IMG/VR virus record: IMGVR_UViG_3300037419_001104
Location: 1 to 27,510 of that record
DNA length: 27,510 nt
Reading direction: 5' to 3' (one strand)
Origin: a virus
Taxonomy: Duplodnaviria > Caudoviricetes
Shown here in pieces: positions 25,617 to 27,510 of this stretch. Below the pieces are notes generated by a model, which worked only from the letters and a program-made list of their open reading frames with translations, was not told the origin of the DNA and searched no databases. Made by a program: the position numbers and the translations under genes. Positions within the stretch are counted from its first letter, which is position 1. The number at the start of each line of letters is the position of its first letter.

Positions 25617-26681
25617 TCAGGCTTCCCGCCTCAGCTTCAGCCCTTCCGACAGGACAGAGGCGACCGCTTTGCGGGCCGACTCGTCCTTGTCCGGCCACAT
25701 GTGCCCGTACGTGTCCAGCGTGGTTTTCGCGGACGCGTGACGCAGACACTTCTGCACCACCTTCACATCCATGCCTTGGGAGATCAGCAGGGACGCGAAG
25801 TAATGCCGGAGGTCATGGAACCGGAACCCCTCGGGCAGCCCCTTGACCTTTTTCCTCGCGTCCCGGAAATGGGTCTCCAGCGTGTATGGCGCGACACCCC
25901 TCCCCCACTCGGACGTGACGATTGTCGGGCTGCCCCACTTGTTCGGGTTGCGGGAAAGCTCCAGGCACAGTTCGTTCGGGATCGGGATGGGATTTTTCGA
26001 CTCCTCGGTTTTCAGTTCGAGGTCGGGGTATTGGATCTCCGGTTTGATGATGCCGCGCAGGAAGTCAATGTCAGTGACCCGGAGGGCAACCGCTTCGGCC
26101 ACGCGGAGGCCGGCGAACGCCCCGAGCAGGACGGCTGGCCGCAGCCCTTCGGGCATGGCGTCGTGGAGCGCCCAGACCTGCTCTGTGGTGGCGACGTAGG
26201 GGCGCGGCTTCCCAGCCTTCGGTGCCGTCTTCCGGCTGACCGGGGACTTGGGGAGGATGCCGTCGTGCACGGCGTCGCTGAACAGCTGCCCGAGCCGTGA
26301 GTGCAGGGCGTAAACGTACGAGTCCTCCAGTGGCTCGGCTTTGAGTCGCGCCGTCCAGGACCTTACCTCCGAGGGGCGGATAGTGCTCAGCTGCCGGTTC
26401 CCGAACGCGTCGTTGATGCGCTTCAGGTGTGTCTTCGCCTGCTTGACGGTGGATGGGCGGTTGTTCGCGTACCCGACGAGCCATGTTTCGGACCACTCTT
26501 TCATGGTGGTCTTGGCTGTTTTCGGGGCGACGTAGTTGCCGGTGAGGACGGAGCTGCTGATTTCATCCAGCCAGTCCTGGCCGTCCTTTTTGCGGGGGAA
26601 GTGCTTGGAGTGTTCCTTGCCGTCCACGTCGCGGAAGCGGGCCCGCCACCTCCCGTCCGGGCGCTTGGTGATGCTAGCCAT
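25617..26681 (-). CDS. int: Tyrosine integrase, 354 aa
   Basis: N-terminal arm-binding domain (GRWRARFRD...SKHF). Catalytic AGLRVAE (R), LKT (K), FHDLRH (HxxR), LRHAS (H), TYGH (Y). Confidence 0.97.
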   Translation of the reverse strand: MASITKRPDGRWRARFRDVDGKEHSKHFPRKKDGQDWLDEISSSVLTGNYVAPKTAKTTMKEWSETWLVGYANNRPSTVKQAKTHLKRINDAFGNRQLSTIRPSEVRSWTARLKAEPLEDSYVYALHSRLGQLFSDAVHDGILPKSPVSRKTAPKAGKPRPYVATTEQVWALHDAMPEGLRPAVLLGAFAGLRVAEAVALRVTDIDFLRGIIKPEIQYPDLELKTEESKNPIPIPNELCLELSRNPNKWGSPTIVTSEWGRGVAPYTLETHFRDARKKVKGLPEGFRFHDLRHYFASLLISQGMDVKVVQKCLRHASAKTTLDTYGHMWPDKDESARKAVASVLSEGLKLRREA

Positions 26682-26709
26682 TGGCTTGGTTGGTTGGGTT
26701 CATGCCCCG

Positions 26710-26737
26710 ATTTTATACGCTCTATGCGCGTAGTCAA
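26710..26737 (-). promoter_or_regulatory. Leftward promoter for int with operator A in spacer
   Basis: TTGACT-16 nt-TAAAAT. Spacer holds TACGCT-N5-CGCGTA (26716-26732). Confidence 0.75.
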
Positions 26738-26755
26738 TGAATTACATCGAGGGTA

Positions 26756-26785
26756 TTGCTTTCTACTCGCTAAGCGAGTTACTGT
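26756..26785 (+). promoter_or_regulatory. Rightward promoter for xis with operator B in spacer
   Basis: TTGCTT-18 nt-TACTGT. Spacer holds ACTCGC-TAA-GCGAGT (26765-26779). Confidence 0.72.
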
Positions 26786-26838
26786 TGCGTTGTTCGAAAG
26801 AACCAGTCAGTAACAGCATTAGCCAACGGAGGCCAACC

Positions 26839-27036
26839 ATGGAAGCGATGTCTCCCCCAAAGCTTCTCACCCTCAATGAAGTCGCAGACCTTCTGCGGAA
26901 AACTCCAAGCCAGCTCCGGTGGATGCGCTACAAGGGCTCAGGACCCCAGAGCGCAACCATCGGCGGACGAGTTATGTATCGGGAGGCGGATGTCTCTGAA
27001 TGGATCGACTCGCAGTTCGAAAGCGCGTCGGGCTAG
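26839..27036 (+). CDS. xis: Excisionase / recombination directionality factor (HTH_17/AlpA-like), 65 aa
   Basis: GGAGG SD at 26828-26832. LLTLNEVADLL...LRWMRYKGSGP...GGRVMYREADVSEWI winged HTH. Next to int. Confidence 0.85.
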   Translation: MEAMSPPKLLTLNEVADLLRKTPSQLRWMRYKGSGPQSATIGGRVMYREADVSEWIDSQFESASG

Positions 27037-27291
27037 TTATTCCCTGCCGGACCAGAGGTAGTCGGCGGATATGCCGGTGACCTTCTCGATCTCGTCGAGT
27101 TCGTCTAGTTCGAACGCAACGTGGCCGGCTGTACGGCGCGATATGAGCGCCTGGGTGGTGTTGAGTCTGCGGGCCAGCTCAGCGCCGGATATCCGGTTCT
27201 CGGCCAGCTTTCCCCGGAGCCGACGAGCCACCGCCTGGGAGCGAGTCTCCTCGCGAGTTTCTTCCCCTGTGGGGTGTGCTTGTGTACTCAT
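27037..27291 (-). CDS. XRE-family HTH regulator, probable immunity repressor, 84 aa
   Basis: ISGAELARRLNTTQALISRR...ELDEIEKVTGISADYL. Leftward like int, with a leaderless promoter. Repressor role inferred from orientation. Confidence 0.82.
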   Translation of the reverse strand: MSTQAHPTGEETREETRSQAVARRLRGKLAENRISGAELARRLNTTQALISRRTAGHVAFELDELDEIEKVTGISADYLWSGRE

Positions 27292-27298
27292 GGAAACG

Positions 27299-27326
27299 AG
27301 TATATACGCGCCACACGCGTAGTCAA
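27299..27326 (-). promoter_or_regulatory. Leftward leaderless promoter for the repressor with operator A in spacer
   Basis: TTGACT-16 nt-TATACT, 7 nt before ATG 27291. Spacer holds perfect TACGCG-N5-CGCGTA (27305-27321). Confidence 0.8.
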
Positions 27327-27380
27327 CACTTGAAGTACGTATTTCAATCGAATAGAGTTATTCCGACTACTCGGATTTCG

Positions 27381-27409
27381 TTGCATCTACTCGCAGAGCG
27401 AGTTAGCAT
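27381..27409 (+). promoter_or_regulatory. Rightward early lytic promoter with operator B in spacer
   Basis: TTGCAT-17 nt-TAGCAT, 6 nt before ATG 27416. Spacer holds ACTCGC-AGA-GCGAGT (27389-27403). Confidence 0.8.
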
Positions 27410-27415
27410 AATCAC

Positions 27416-27510
27416 ATGTCCGAACTTCCACTCGCTCAACGAGTTGCTAACTCGGTTGAGAAACTTCGTAAGTCGCTCGGCTTCTCGCAGGAACAACTAG
27501 CGAAAGCCCT
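27416..27510 (+). CDS. Cro-like XRE HTH protein, truncated by window end (absent from ORF track)
   Basis: MSELPLAQRVANSVEKLRKSLGFSQEQLAKAL is the start of an XRE HTH. Divergent from the repressor and leaderless. Confidence 0.8.
   Translation, partial: MSELPLAQRVANSVEKLRKSLGFSQEQLAKA

Larger units (their letters stand above)
1..27510 (+). mobile_element. Temperate siphovirus-type actinobacteriophage genome, left arm (packaging, head, tail, lysis, integration/immunity)
   Basis: Canonical syntenic order terminase-portal-scaffold-capsid-tail-tape measure-lysin-holin-attP-int. High GC. No host genes. Arm-type repeats on both sides of the att core indicate an intact attP. Confidence 0.96.

Noticed and set aside
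25617-27291. Integration-dependent immunity system (attP inside the repressor gene)
   Set aside because: attP lies downstream of int, far from the repressor. Int has an arm-binding domain and a separate xis is present.

Overview
The window is the left ~27.5 kb of a temperate, high-GC siphovirus-type actinobacteriophage. It reads as a free, non-integrated genome because attP is intact. An Arthrobacter/Micrococcaceae-type host is inferred. Gene order: frameshifted HNH endonuclease; three virion-like genes ahead of the terminase; terS, terL, portal, MuF/VG15-like head protein, scaffold, major capsid (with an inserted domain), head-tail connectors, major tail; an inserted permuted papain-like hydrolase; tail chaperone with a -1 frameshift; a reverse-strand membrane moron; tape measure; six tail-tip/receptor-binding genes; lysis cassette; attP, tyrosine integrase, excisionase and two divergent XRE regulators. 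Most notable: (1) a lysis-lysogeny switch built from a duplicated divergent promoter cassette with two distinct operator palindromes, once for int/xis and once for repressor/cro; (2) an attP core encoding FELYYGV-stop, resembling the C-terminus of glutamine synthetase GlnA; (3) recurring C-GCAAN-G pentaloop hairpins at translation starts, a loop-to-repeat pseudoknot before the tail chaperone and a tRNA-like minihelix; (4) a leaderless antisense membrane gene in the HK97 gp15 position. Family assignments come from motif recognition by eye and synteny, not database searches.
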